Part shown: piece after piece, positions 18,913-26,553 of the stretch
How positions within the stretch are numbered: the stretch's first letter is position 1
Layout: every line of letters starts with the position of its first letter
Program-made: the position numbers and the translations under genes
Source of the DNA: Dehalococcoidia bacterium
GTDB lineage: Bacteria > Chloroflexota > Dehalococcoidia > Bin125
Assembly: GCA_963663895.2 (NCBI GenBank)
Contig: CAXXRD010000001.1
Coordinates: 544,001-608,000, forward strand
Direction of reading: 5' to 3'
Length of the DNA stretch: 64,000 nt
Notes under the pieces: generated by a model
What the model was told of the DNA's origin: nothing
Seen by the model: only the letters and a program-made list of their open reading frames with translations
Databases searched by the model: none

Positions 18913-20388
18913 ATGAACCCTGTTCCCAAAGTCATGAGCACGCAGCACCCGGATAACGCAACGCCGGCGCCCTTCGCCGACGAGGCAGGAGTGTTGAAGG
19001 GGGAAGGGGAAGTCGCTGAGGCCGCAAGCGTCTTCGCCCTGGGTTGTGACGAGCAGATGTGGGACTCCGAAGGCAAGGAGGCCGACACCCAGGTCGTCCG
19101 GAAACTTCTCACCAGTCACCCAGACTTATTTCGCAATCAGTTTCAGCTTGGTCGAGACGTAGCCCTGACGCTGCGCGTGCCCAATCCGCGTATCGAGCAC
19201 GACATGCGCAAGTCGATGGTCGAGGCCTTACAGAGTGTGCCTTCGGCGTGGGACATGGCGCATGGCTTCTACAGCGATGACCACGCCGACCCTATCCAGG
19301 AGGTCATCCTTCCGTTCACCACCTCTGCGGAAGAGCTCTCTTTGGTCGAGGCCTACTATCAAAAAGTGATCGTAGGCCATGAAGACCAGGTGTTGATCCA
19401 AGGGCAGACCGTCAGGGACTGGGTGGGGGAGTTTTTCCCAAAACGCGTGCGCGTCATTCCCCTCATCGAGGACATGGAGAGCCTACTCCATTGCGACCGG
19501 ATCGTGGAGGAGTACGTGGGGCCCAGAGACCTGCCCTACCAGCGGGTATTCCTTGCGCGAAGCGATCCGGCGCTCAACTACGGCATCATCGGCGCGGAGT
19601 TGGTGCTGAAAGTGGGGTTGCTACGTCTTCACAATCTGGAAGACCAGCTCGGACTGCCCCTCTACCCTGTCATCGGCGCCGGCTCCGTCCCCTTTAGGGG
19701 CCACCTGACTCCGCTCAACATCGAGCGGGCCCACATCGAGTACCCAACCGCCCAGACCCTCACCGTCCAATCGGCCTTCAAGTACGACTACAACACAGAG
19801 GTGGTCCGCAACGGCATCTCGCAGATTCGCGCGCGCGAGCGGGGCGAACCCGTGCCGGTCACGCGGGAGCGCGCCTGCGAGATCATCGACAAGACCACCG
19901 CCGAGTACCAGGCCAATGTGCAGAAGCTGATCGGGGCCATCAAGGCCGTGTCGCCTCACGTACCCAAGCGGCGCGAACGGAAGCTCCACGTCGGCCTCTT
20001 CGGTTACGGCCGCTCCCTGGGCGGAGTGGGCGGGGTGACGCTTCCCCGGGCAATCAGCTTCACCGCTTCCCTGTACTCCATCGGCATTCCGCCGGAACTG
20101 CTGGGCCTCGCTTCGTTGACGGAGCAGGACGTCCTCTACGTCAAGGATGTCTACCCGAGTCTGTTTGGAGACCTGCGTGCCGCCCTGCGCTTCGCCAATG
20201 AGCGCCGTGTCAGGGAGTTGCTTGGCGAACCGTACTCGGCTGTCCTGAGTCGATTCGCAGGCGAGCTTGACCAGGTCCACGAGGGCCTGACCAGCGCCAT
20301 CTGGGCAAGCGTCGGCCAAGACGGCCCAACAGGACATATCACCCACTTCATCGAAGAGGCCGCCCACCTGCGCCGCTTCCTGGGCTAA
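18913..20388 (+). CDS. ppcA: Archaeal-type phosphoenolpyruvate carboxylase
   Basis: About 490 aa; MSTQHPDN, QMWDSEGK, FLARSDPALNYG, GSVPFRG, TVQSAFKYD, GYGR...LPRAISF, R-x-FLG C-terminus. Confidence 0.93.
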   Translation: MNPVPKVMSTQHPDNATPAPFADEAGVLKGEGEVAEAASVFALGCDEQMWDSEGKEADTQVVRKLLTSHPDLFRNQFQLGRDVALTLRVPNPRIEHDMRKSMVEALQSVPSAWDMAHGFYSDDHADPIQEVILPFTTSAEELSLVEAYYQKVIVGHEDQVLIQGQTVRDWVGEFFPKRVRVIPLIEDMESLLHCDRIVEEYVGPRDLPYQRVFLARSDPALNYGIIGAELVLKVGLLRLHNLEDQLGLPLYPVIGAGSVPFRGHLTPLNIERAHIEYPTAQTLTVQSAFKYDYNTEVVRNGISQIRARERGEPVPVTRERACEIIDKTTAEYQANVQKLIGAIKAVSPHVPKRRERKLHVGLFGYGRSLGGVGGVTLPRAISFTASLYSIGIPPELLGLASLTEQDVLYVKDVYPSLFGDLRAALRFANERRVRELLGEPYSAVLSRFAGELDQVHEGLTSAIWASVGQDGPTGHITHFIEEAAHLRRFLG

Positions 20389-20550
20389 AGACCGCTCCCG
20401 CCCGGGTCGGGCAAGGACCCCGACGAGGCGCCGATGGTCGAGCGGGTCCGCCAGGCGGCCGCGATCCCCGGCTGGCAGGGGTTCTAACGGCCTACTCCGG
20501 CTGCGAGGCGTGGCGGCGGGCGGGCTCCCCAGCGGCTGACGACCGGCTGG

Positions 20551-21345
20551 CTATCCCTGCGACCGTTTTCGGCCACCCAGGCCGATCGTCGCCAGACCCA
20601 GCGCCAGTCCCACCGGCGCGATCGCCAGGGCGGCCGGTACCGGCGCGTGGCCGGCCGAGCCGGCCAGCACATCCCCCAGACTCGGCCCGGCCGCCGTCGC
20701 TTCCTCGGCGTCGGCGTGATCGTCGGCGTGATCGTCTGCGCGCTCGGTGGCCTCCTCGTCCGCGTCGTCGGCGGCGTGGTGGTGGTCGTCCGACGCCATG
20801 GCCTCCTCGTCCGCATCGTCGGCGGCGGCGTGGTGGTCGTCCGACGCCGGGGCCTCCTCGTCCGCATCGTCGGCGGCGTGGTGGTGGTCGTCCGACGCCA
20901 TGGCCTCCTCGTCCGCATCGTCGGCGGCGGCGTGGTGGTCGTCCGACGCCGGGGCCTCCTCGTCCGCATCGTCGGCGGCGTGGTGGTGGTCGTCCGACGC
21001 CATGGCCTCCTCGTCCGCATCGTCGGCGGCGTCGTGGGCGTGGTGGTCGTGGTCCGCGTGTGGGTTGAGATTCGCGTCGATGTGTTGCCAGACCCCGACG
21101 GCCGCGCTGACGATGGCCAGGACGGCCACCGCTCGCGCCAGGAAGACCGTCGCCGTCGTCTGACGCACGACGAGGGCCACCACGGCGACGCTGATGATGC
21201 CCAGCGTGATCCACGGCGCCAACTGCCAGGCGCCGAGCCAGTGGCGCTCGTAGGCGAGCGCCAAGGCGGTGCCCGCCACGCCCAGCACCACGAGCAGGAG
21301 CAACCCCGCCCGCAGTCCGCCCGCTGCCCCGTCCCGTCTGATCAT
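20551..21345 (-). CDS. Membrane protein with a His/Asp-rich tandem-repeat loop
   Basis: Three N-terminal TM segments, about 5.5 copies of a 17-aa AADDADEEA(M/P)ASDDHH(H/A) repeat, C-terminal TM segment. Confidence 0.8.
   Translation of the reverse strand: MIRRDGAAGGLRAGLLLLVVLGVAGTALALAYERHWLGAWQLAPWITLGIISVAVVALVVRQTTATVFLARAVAVLAIVSAAVGVWQHIDANLNPHADHDHHAHDAADDADEEAMASDDHHHAADDADEEAPASDDHHAAADDADEEAMASDDHHHAADDADEEAPASDDHHAAADDADEEAMASDDHHHAADDADEEATERADDHADDHADAEEATAAGPSLGDVLAGSAGHAPVPAALAIAPVGLALGLATIGLGGRKRSQG
20749..21032. repeat. 51-bp coding tandem repeat, about 5.5 copies, with two alternating variants (102-bp higher-order unit)
   Basis: Near-perfect units; the ...gacgccatggcc... 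and ...gacgccggggcc... variants alternate. Confidence 0.95.
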
Positions 21346-21452
21346 GCCGCTCCCCGTACCTGTTGGCCCCTCATCATAGTGGCTGCCATCCCCGGCCGGC
21401 GCGGGTTCCGGCGGCCCGCCGCGGGCAGCCCGCTCCTCACCGCCCGGTCCCA

Positions 21453-21475
21453 GGTTCGAGCCCCTGAGGGCCCAC
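21453..21475 (+). mobile_element. Duplicated tRNA-Lys 3' end (att-like direct repeat)
   Basis: GGTTCGAGcCCCTGAGGGCCCAC matches 18777-18799 at 22 of 23 positions. Confidence 0.8.
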
Positions 21476-21539
21476 GGGAGCGGACGACATCGGGAACCGT
21501 TCCGGCGAGGTTCGCGCCGGCCCTAGCCGTGCTGCCGGC

Positions 21540-21776
21540 CTATCGATCCGCCCTGGCGGTCACGAACGTTGCGATGTTGGCCAGCAGCCATGCGGAGGCC
21601 GCGCACAGCTGCAACCACGCCCCAGGGGAGTCGACCCCGGAGATCAGCATGCTGCTGATCCAGAAAATGCTGGCCGCCGTTTGCCCGAGCCAGGTGAGGC
21701 GCCGCACCCCGGCCAGCCGGCTTCGCCCCGCGCCGGACGCGGCGACCGCCTCGGCATTTCCGGTCAGCAGGCGCAC
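21540..21776 (-). CDS. Small two-TM hypothetical protein
   Basis: Two hydrophobic helices (LTWLGQTAASIFWISSML; WLQLCAASAWLLANIA); GTG overlaps the end of the upstream oxidoreductase. Confidence 0.6.
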   Translation of the reverse strand: MRLLTGNAEAVAASGAGRSRLAGVRRLTWLGQTAASIFWISSMLISGVDSPGAWLQLCAASAWLLANIATFVTARADR

Positions 21777-22897
21777 TGCGTCCCGCAGCAGGAGAGGTCG
21801 TCGAGGTACATGCCCCACTGGCGGTACCCCTCCAGCGCTTCCGCCGGCATCTCCAACGCGGTCGCCACGGCCTTGGCGACGACGGCGAATCGTTGCCGGT
21901 ACTTGAAGATGAAGCAGAAGACGTGATCCTCATGGCGCACGGCGGGGCCGCAGAGAAACACGCCCGGCACGATGGTCGATTCATCATGCTCGCTCAGAAG
22001 GAGCGAGCCATCGTCGCGCCGCTCAAACAGATCCGCGACCAGCTTGTGGCTCCCCCCATCGAATCCGCCCGCCAAGAGCGGCGGCACGCCGGTGTGAAAC
22101 CGATCCCCGTCCCGGGCCGTGACCTCGTACATGTCGCCCGCGCGCGCGACCGATTCGATCGGCGTGTTCGGGAAAAGCTCCACCCGCTTGGCGAACCGCT
22201 CCTCCCGCATCCGTTCGAGCGTGAACGGGGAGAGTGCGACGCTCGGATCGGAGCTCTCCTCCTCCCAGGGGCAGTCCTTGTCGAACAGCCGCACGCGCTT
22301 GTCGCGGCAGGCCAGGTGGAAGGCCGCGTCGACGCCGCTCTCGTAGCCGCCCACCACGATGAAGTCGTCGCCGTCGAGCGCCTCATAGCTGTCGATGGTC
22401 GCGGTGTGGCGGCACAGTTGGCTGCCCGAGAACCCGTCCAGGCGCGGGTACTGGAACTCGCCGGCGGCCCAAATGACGTGCTTGGCCTGCAAGGTCTCGC
22501 CGGCCGTCTCGATGCGAAAGCCGTCGCCAGCCTTCGCCACCTGCATCACGTCGGTATCCCGGCGCACGGGCACCTCGAAGTACCGCGCCACCGCACGCAG
22601 ATAGCCCGCGTACTCCTCGCCCGTCGGATGCTCGACCCCCAACGTGAACGCGGGGGAAGTTCCGATCGCGATCGAGTTCAGATCGAGCATGCCGATCGAG
22701 TTGGTCGCGTACGAGGGCGTGATGAAGCGCGTCTCGGCCGGCCAGGCGGCGAACGACGCCCCGACCGTGTGGCGATCGCACACGACGAAATTCTCGATGC
22801 CGGCATGCTTGAGCGCCACCGCGGCGCCCACGCCAGCGGCGCCGGCGCCGACGACGACGACGTCATAGACGATTTCCCTGCTCTTGGTGCCGTTCAA
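21764..22897 (-). CDS. FAD/NAD(P)-dependent oxidoreductase (pyridine nucleotide-disulfide class) with a Cys-rich C-terminal tail
   Basis: VVVGAGAAG, AAGEFQYP, VVGGYESGVD, FCFIFKYRQRF, DDLSCCGTQCAC end; TTG 22897 follows GGAGGAG. Confidence 0.88.
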   Translation of the reverse strand: MNGTKSREIVYDVVVVGAGAAGVGAAVALKHAGIENFVVCDRHTVGASFAAWPAETRFITPSYATNSIGMLDLNSIAIGTSPAFTLGVEHPTGEEYAGYLRAVARYFEVPVRRDTDVMQVAKAGDGFRIETAGETLQAKHVIWAAGEFQYPRLDGFSGSQLCRHTATIDSYEALDGDDFIVVGGYESGVDAAFHLACRDKRVRLFDKDCPWEEESSDPSVALSPFTLERMREERFAKRVELFPNTPIESVARAGDMYEVTARDGDRFHTGVPPLLAGGFDGGSHKLVADLFERRDDGSLLLSEHDESTIVPGVFLCGPAVRHEDHVFCFIFKYRQRFAVVAKAVATALEMPAEALEGYRQWGMYLDDLSCCGTQCAC

Positions 22898-23042
22898 TGC
22901 AGACTCCTCCCGTCGCCATTCCAATCCGACATTCCCATCAACATTCAAATCGGACGTGTTTCGATCTCCCGCCGCAGGCCCGTGCCGGCCCGCCGACCTC
23001 GGCCGAGCCGTGCGCCCGGGGTGGGCTGTCGCCTGTCTCCAC

Positions 23043-23063
23043 TAATAAGAATCATTCTTATTA
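23043..23063. promoter_or_regulatory. Perfect 10-1-10 AT-rich palindrome, Fur/Zur-family box
   Basis: TAATAAGAAT-C-ATTCTTATTA in GC-rich surroundings, about 145 bp upstream of the oxidoreductase. Confidence 0.8.
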
Positions 23064-23437
23064 TTCGCGACGAGCAATCGTAGGTCCGGGCTCGGGATGG
23101 GTCAACCCATGCCGCGCCACGACGTCGTGGAGCGAGTCGTGGCGCGGCATGGCCGGCCGCGGGCGGCGGGAACGCGGCCGGGGGCCGGCCACGCGGGAGG
23201 CACTGGATGCAGAGACGCATGCCCGGCGTTGCGGGGATCGAGCGCCCGCGGATCGCCCCGGAAGCCGGGGCGCGGTCCCGCCGAGCTTCCGCGCGCCGCG
23301 CGCAGCCGCGCGCTTTTAATTACCCCCCCACATTGGGCGCACCCTACATCTAGGACTTCTAAGCAGCCTTCTCCCGCCAGCCCGCCGGGGTCGGCGTATG
23401 ACGGCCATGCCCGCGGCGTGGCCGCTTTTCCGCGTCC

Positions 23438-24403
23438 ATGCCGAGAGCCGCCGCCTACGCGACCGCCCGCACCATCAAGACGAGCGCCGACGTGGAAGTC
23501 CGCGTCTGGCAAGCCGTCAGCGACGAGGCCCTTTATATCAGCTACCGCCCCGCCGGCGGGACGTGGACCACGGACAACACGCCGCTGGACATGGCCGAGC
23601 TGAGCGCGTCGGGGCGCTTCCGGCAGAGTCCGATCACGACGGTGTCCGTGCCCGTCAGCGTTCCCGTGCCGGAGCCGCCGCCGTTCGACGATCACGGCAA
23701 CACCCTGGCCGTTGCCAGCCCCCTGGCGCTCGGCGCGACGATCGACGCCATGATCGATTACGAAGGCGATGCGGACGCGTTCGCCTTCGAGGCGACGGCG
23801 GGAAGCTGGTACCGCATCGCGATCGGGGGCGATCTCGCGCTCGCGGTCGGGGGCGATCTCGCGCTCGCGGATCGAAATGTCAACCTGAACCTGCACGGTC
23901 CCGATGGAGTGTGGATCGAGAGCTTCTTCGGCGCCGCCGGCCGCTTCGCGGCCGCGGCGACGGGCCGGCATTACTTCACCATCTACTCCTTCGCGCATCC
24001 GGCGCTTCCCGGTTCACCGTGGACCGGCCCCTACACCCTCACCGTCACCCCGGTCGATCCCCCCGGCCCGCCACCCCTCACCCTGGCCCTCTCGAATGAC
24101 GCCGACGGGGCGCTGCTAATGGCCGCCCGCTTCGCGCCGGACGCGACGCCGTACGCCGGCGCCGCGATCATCTTTGCGAGCGGCGCGCAGCTCAGCTACA
24201 CCCTGACCGCGGCGCCGGCGGCGGGCGCGTGGGCCGATCTCACCGCGCAGCACTCGTTGGCGGTCGCGCATGGCCTCGTGACCACCGCCCACTTCTTTGT
24301 CGGCTCCTCCGGGGAAGTCGGCTATCGCGACTATGACTGCGTCGCCGACGACGCCGCCAGCACGGCCGAGCGCACCGTCTACGAGTGTCGGGAACGGGAG
24401 TAG
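23438..24403 (+). CDS. Hypothetical protein with a pre-peptidase C-terminal (PPC)-like domain; probably 5'-truncated surface protein
   Basis: DDHGNT...IDYEGDADAFAFEA...GPYTLTV pattern; no signal peptide. Confidence 0.55.
   Translation: MPRAAAYATARTIKTSADVEVRVWQAVSDEALYISYRPAGGTWTTDNTPLDMAELSASGRFRQSPITTVSVPVSVPVPEPPPFDDHGNTLAVASPLALGATIDAMIDYEGDADAFAFEATAGSWYRIAIGGDLALAVGGDLALADRNVNLNLHGPDGVWIESFFGAAGRFAAAATGRHYFTIYSFAHPALPGSPWTGPYTLTVTPVDPPGPPPLTLALSNDADGALLMAARFAPDATPYAGAAIIFASGAQLSYTLTAAPAAGAWADLTAQHSLAVAHGLVTTAHFFVGSSGEVGYRDYDCVADDAASTAERTVYECRERE
23823..23870. repeat. Perfect 24-bp tandem duplication (in-frame, 8 aa)
   Basis: TCGGGGGCGATCTCGCGCTCGCGG present twice. Confidence 0.9.
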
Positions 24404-24469
24404 GCGCCCTGCTACCCTGCCGGCGCCGTCGCGTTCCCGTTGACCGCGCGACGAGCCTCTAGCGCCGGC

Positions 24470-24655
24470 GGGGCGCGGGATCGTGTAGTGGATCGTGGCT
24501 CGCCCGGGCCGCACCGGGATCGCCTTCACGAAGGAGCGCACGAACGCCCGTGTCTCTGTGCTCTCGCTGGGAGCGAGGAACTCGCTCATCTCCTCCGCGC
24601 AGGCCGCCACGGTCTCCGCGCCGTCCAGCAGCGCGCGACGCCCGGCGAGCGTGGC
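24470..24655 (-). pseudogene. C-terminal fragment of a large serine recombinase/integrase
   Basis: ATLAGRRALLDGAETVAACAEEMSEFL...ETRAFVRSFVKAIPVRPGRATIHYTIP resembles the C-terminal coiled-coil/beta tail of these enzymes; no catalytic domain. Confidence 0.6.
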
Positions 24656-24679
24656 GCCCGGTCATCGTCCAAGCGCCCG
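24644..24679 (+). repeat. 36-bp direct repeat, copy 1 (copy 2 at 26497-26532)
   Basis: GGCGAGCGTGGCGCCCGGTCATCGTCCA(A/G)GCGCCCG, one mismatch between copies. Confidence 0.85.
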
Positions 24680-24685
24680 GCCGGC

Positions 24686-24810
24686 CCGTGGGTTCGACTC
24701 CCAACTCGCGCAGCAGGCGGGCAGCGTGGTGTAGGCGGCGCCCGTGTCGACGGTGGCCTCGATCTCCCTGGACGGCCCACCGTTCATACCGGAGATCCGG
24801 AATCGATTCT
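24686..24810 (-). pseudogene. Frameshifted fragment of a small clan-AA (retropepsin-like) aspartic protease
   Basis: FRISGMNGGPSREIEATVDTGAAYTTLPA, then a frameshift, then LLRELGVEPTG; contains the DTGA motif. Confidence 0.65.
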
Positions 24811-25055
24811 AGCCCGTCACCGGCAGGCGCGAGCCCGCCGCTGGGGTTCGAGCGTGTCCCGGCCGTACGGGGCATACAAGGGTCCGGGCAGTGCCTTCCG
24901 ATGCGAGCGCCCCTCAGCGCCCGGCGCCTCGCTCCTGACGAGGAAGAGCGTCTCTACCTTTTCGCCCCCCGACCATCCCGACACTGAATCCCTGTACGGC
25001 GGCTTTTTCGCGTCCCGCGGTCTTTTGGGTCGGCGGCGAACGCAGAACGCCGGAG

Positions 25056-26420
25056 TCAGCGCGCCTCGACGAACAGGGTGTAGGTACCGAGGTCGTAGCC
25101 CCAGACATCAATGTAGTGGTCGCCGGAGTAGTCGGCCAGCCAGTAGATGCGCGAGGCGAAGGTGTCCGCATAGTCGTCGCTGAAGGCCAGTTGCCGCCAC
25201 TCCGCGTCGTAGAGCGTGAGCACGGAGTCACCCAACGTGACGAGTCCGATGTCGATCTCGTAGAGGACGCCCTGCTCCGCCTCGAAGACGAAGTAGTCGG
25301 AGTCGTGATCCGAGCCCAACTCCCCCGACGCCTGCACTCCGACGGCGATCACGGTGGCGCCGTCGGGGAAGTCGGCGTGGTCGTCGGGGCCGTCGCCGCT
25401 CGCGGCGCTCGCCGCGTCCGTGAACTGGGACAGGACGGGCAGGCAGACCAGCAGGCCCGTGTAGAAACGTTCGGCCCCCGGGCTGTCCTCGCCGACCAGA
25501 TCGGACGCCTCGGTCTCATCCAGCAGTCGACGCAGGCACGCCTCCGCCTCGGGGTCGATCTCCGGTCCGCCGCCGCCGAAGCTGGCCAGCAGCGACGGCG
25601 AGCAGCGGAACAGACCAAAGGTCAGCTCCACCAGTGGCGCGTCGTCGCCCGCGTCCATCGCGTCCAGCAGCGCGATCACGTCCAGCTCGCGGGCCCACTC
25701 TCGGATGCAGGCGCGTTCGGGCTCACTGACCGCGTCGCTGTCCACGCCAATCTCCGCCGCGACCGACTCGAACAGCAACTCGGGCAGGCAGCGCCAGATG
25801 CCGGCGAGGAAGGCGTTGCCCTCCGGGCCGTCGTCCTCCCTGGCCGCCACCACGGTGGCGGGATCGACCCCGGCCAGAACCTCGCGCAGGCAAGCCATTT
25901 CCGCTGCGCCGGCCTCCATCCCCTCCTCCTCCATGCCCGCGAGCAACGAGCCGAGCAGCAGGTCGCGGCCGGTCTCCGGGGCGAGGCAAGCGAACAAGTC
26001 CGTTTCCCAGGCCGGGGTCGTTTCTTCGCGCAAGACCTCGCGCGCAAGCAGCGCCGCCGCCTCGTCGCCGAACTGGTCGCGGATGCAGGCCTGCTCCGAA
26101 GCCGTCAGCGTCTCGAACACATCCTGCCAGGACGTGCTGCGATCGAGAGTCAGCGCCCACTCCGCCGATTCGTCTGCGTCCTGCGGCGCGTCGCCGGCGG
26201 AGGGTTCGGCCTGCTCATCGTTCGCCGTTGATGCCGCCGCGTTGCGCTGCTCGGTCCGCGATTCGGCGGTCTCCGGCTCATCCGCCGCCGTGGTCGTCTC
26301 CGCAGCCGGCCCGACGGCGTCGGGCGCCGGATCGCCGCCCGAGCAGCCGGCCAGCGTGGCGACCGCGACGAGCGCAAGCGTCAGTGATATCAGCCAGTGG
26401 CGCAGGATCGCATTCACCAC
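25056..26420 (-). CDS. Lipoprotein with repeated Cys-paired helical units and a C-terminal PPC-like domain
   Basis: Lipobox LAGC; four E-x-AC(I/L)R...C(L/S) units; DDHAD...DSDYFVFEA...GTYTL domain. Confidence 0.75.
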   Translation of the reverse strand: MVNAILRHWLISLTLALVAVATLAGCSGGDPAPDAVGPAAETTTAADEPETAESRTEQRNAAASTANDEQAEPSAGDAPQDADESAEWALTLDRSTSWQDVFETLTASEQACIRDQFGDEAAALLAREVLREETTPAWETDLFACLAPETGRDLLLGSLLAGMEEEGMEAGAAEMACLREVLAGVDPATVVAAREDDGPEGNAFLAGIWRCLPELLFESVAAEIGVDSDAVSEPERACIREWARELDVIALLDAMDAGDDAPLVELTFGLFRCSPSLLASFGGGGPEIDPEAEACLRRLLDETEASDLVGEDSPGAERFYTGLLVCLPVLSQFTDAASAASGDGPDDHADFPDGATVIAVGVQASGELGSDHDSDYFVFEAEQGVLYEIDIGLVTLGDSVLTLYDAEWRQLAFSDDYADTFASRIYWLADYSGDHYIDVWGYDLGTYTLFVEAR

Positions 26421-26496
26421 GATTCACCCTGTGTCCGAGACGCCCAGACCCAGGCTACTGCGTTGCGGCCCGGCGGTCTTGCGCTTGGCCTGTGAA

Positions 26497-26532
26497 GGCG
26501 AGCGTGGCGCCCGGTCATCGTCCAGGCGCCCG
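26497..26532 (+). repeat. 36-bp direct repeat, copy 2
   Basis: Matches 24644-24679 with one mismatch. Confidence 0.85.
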
Positions 26533-26553
26533 CCGCCGGCATACCTTTCGCGC

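Noticed and set aside
20749-21032. CRISPR array
   Set aside because: Units are contiguous without unique spacers, keep the reading frame inside a membrane-protein gene, and no cas genes are present.
21420-21480. Second tRNA gene
   Set aside because: Only the T-arm and 3' acceptor strand are present; no D-arm, anticodon arm or CCA. Treated as an att repeat.
24688-24706. tRNA T-loop-like GGGTTCGACTCCC
   Set aside because: No cloverleaf; explained as the antisense of the protease remnant (ELGVEPT).
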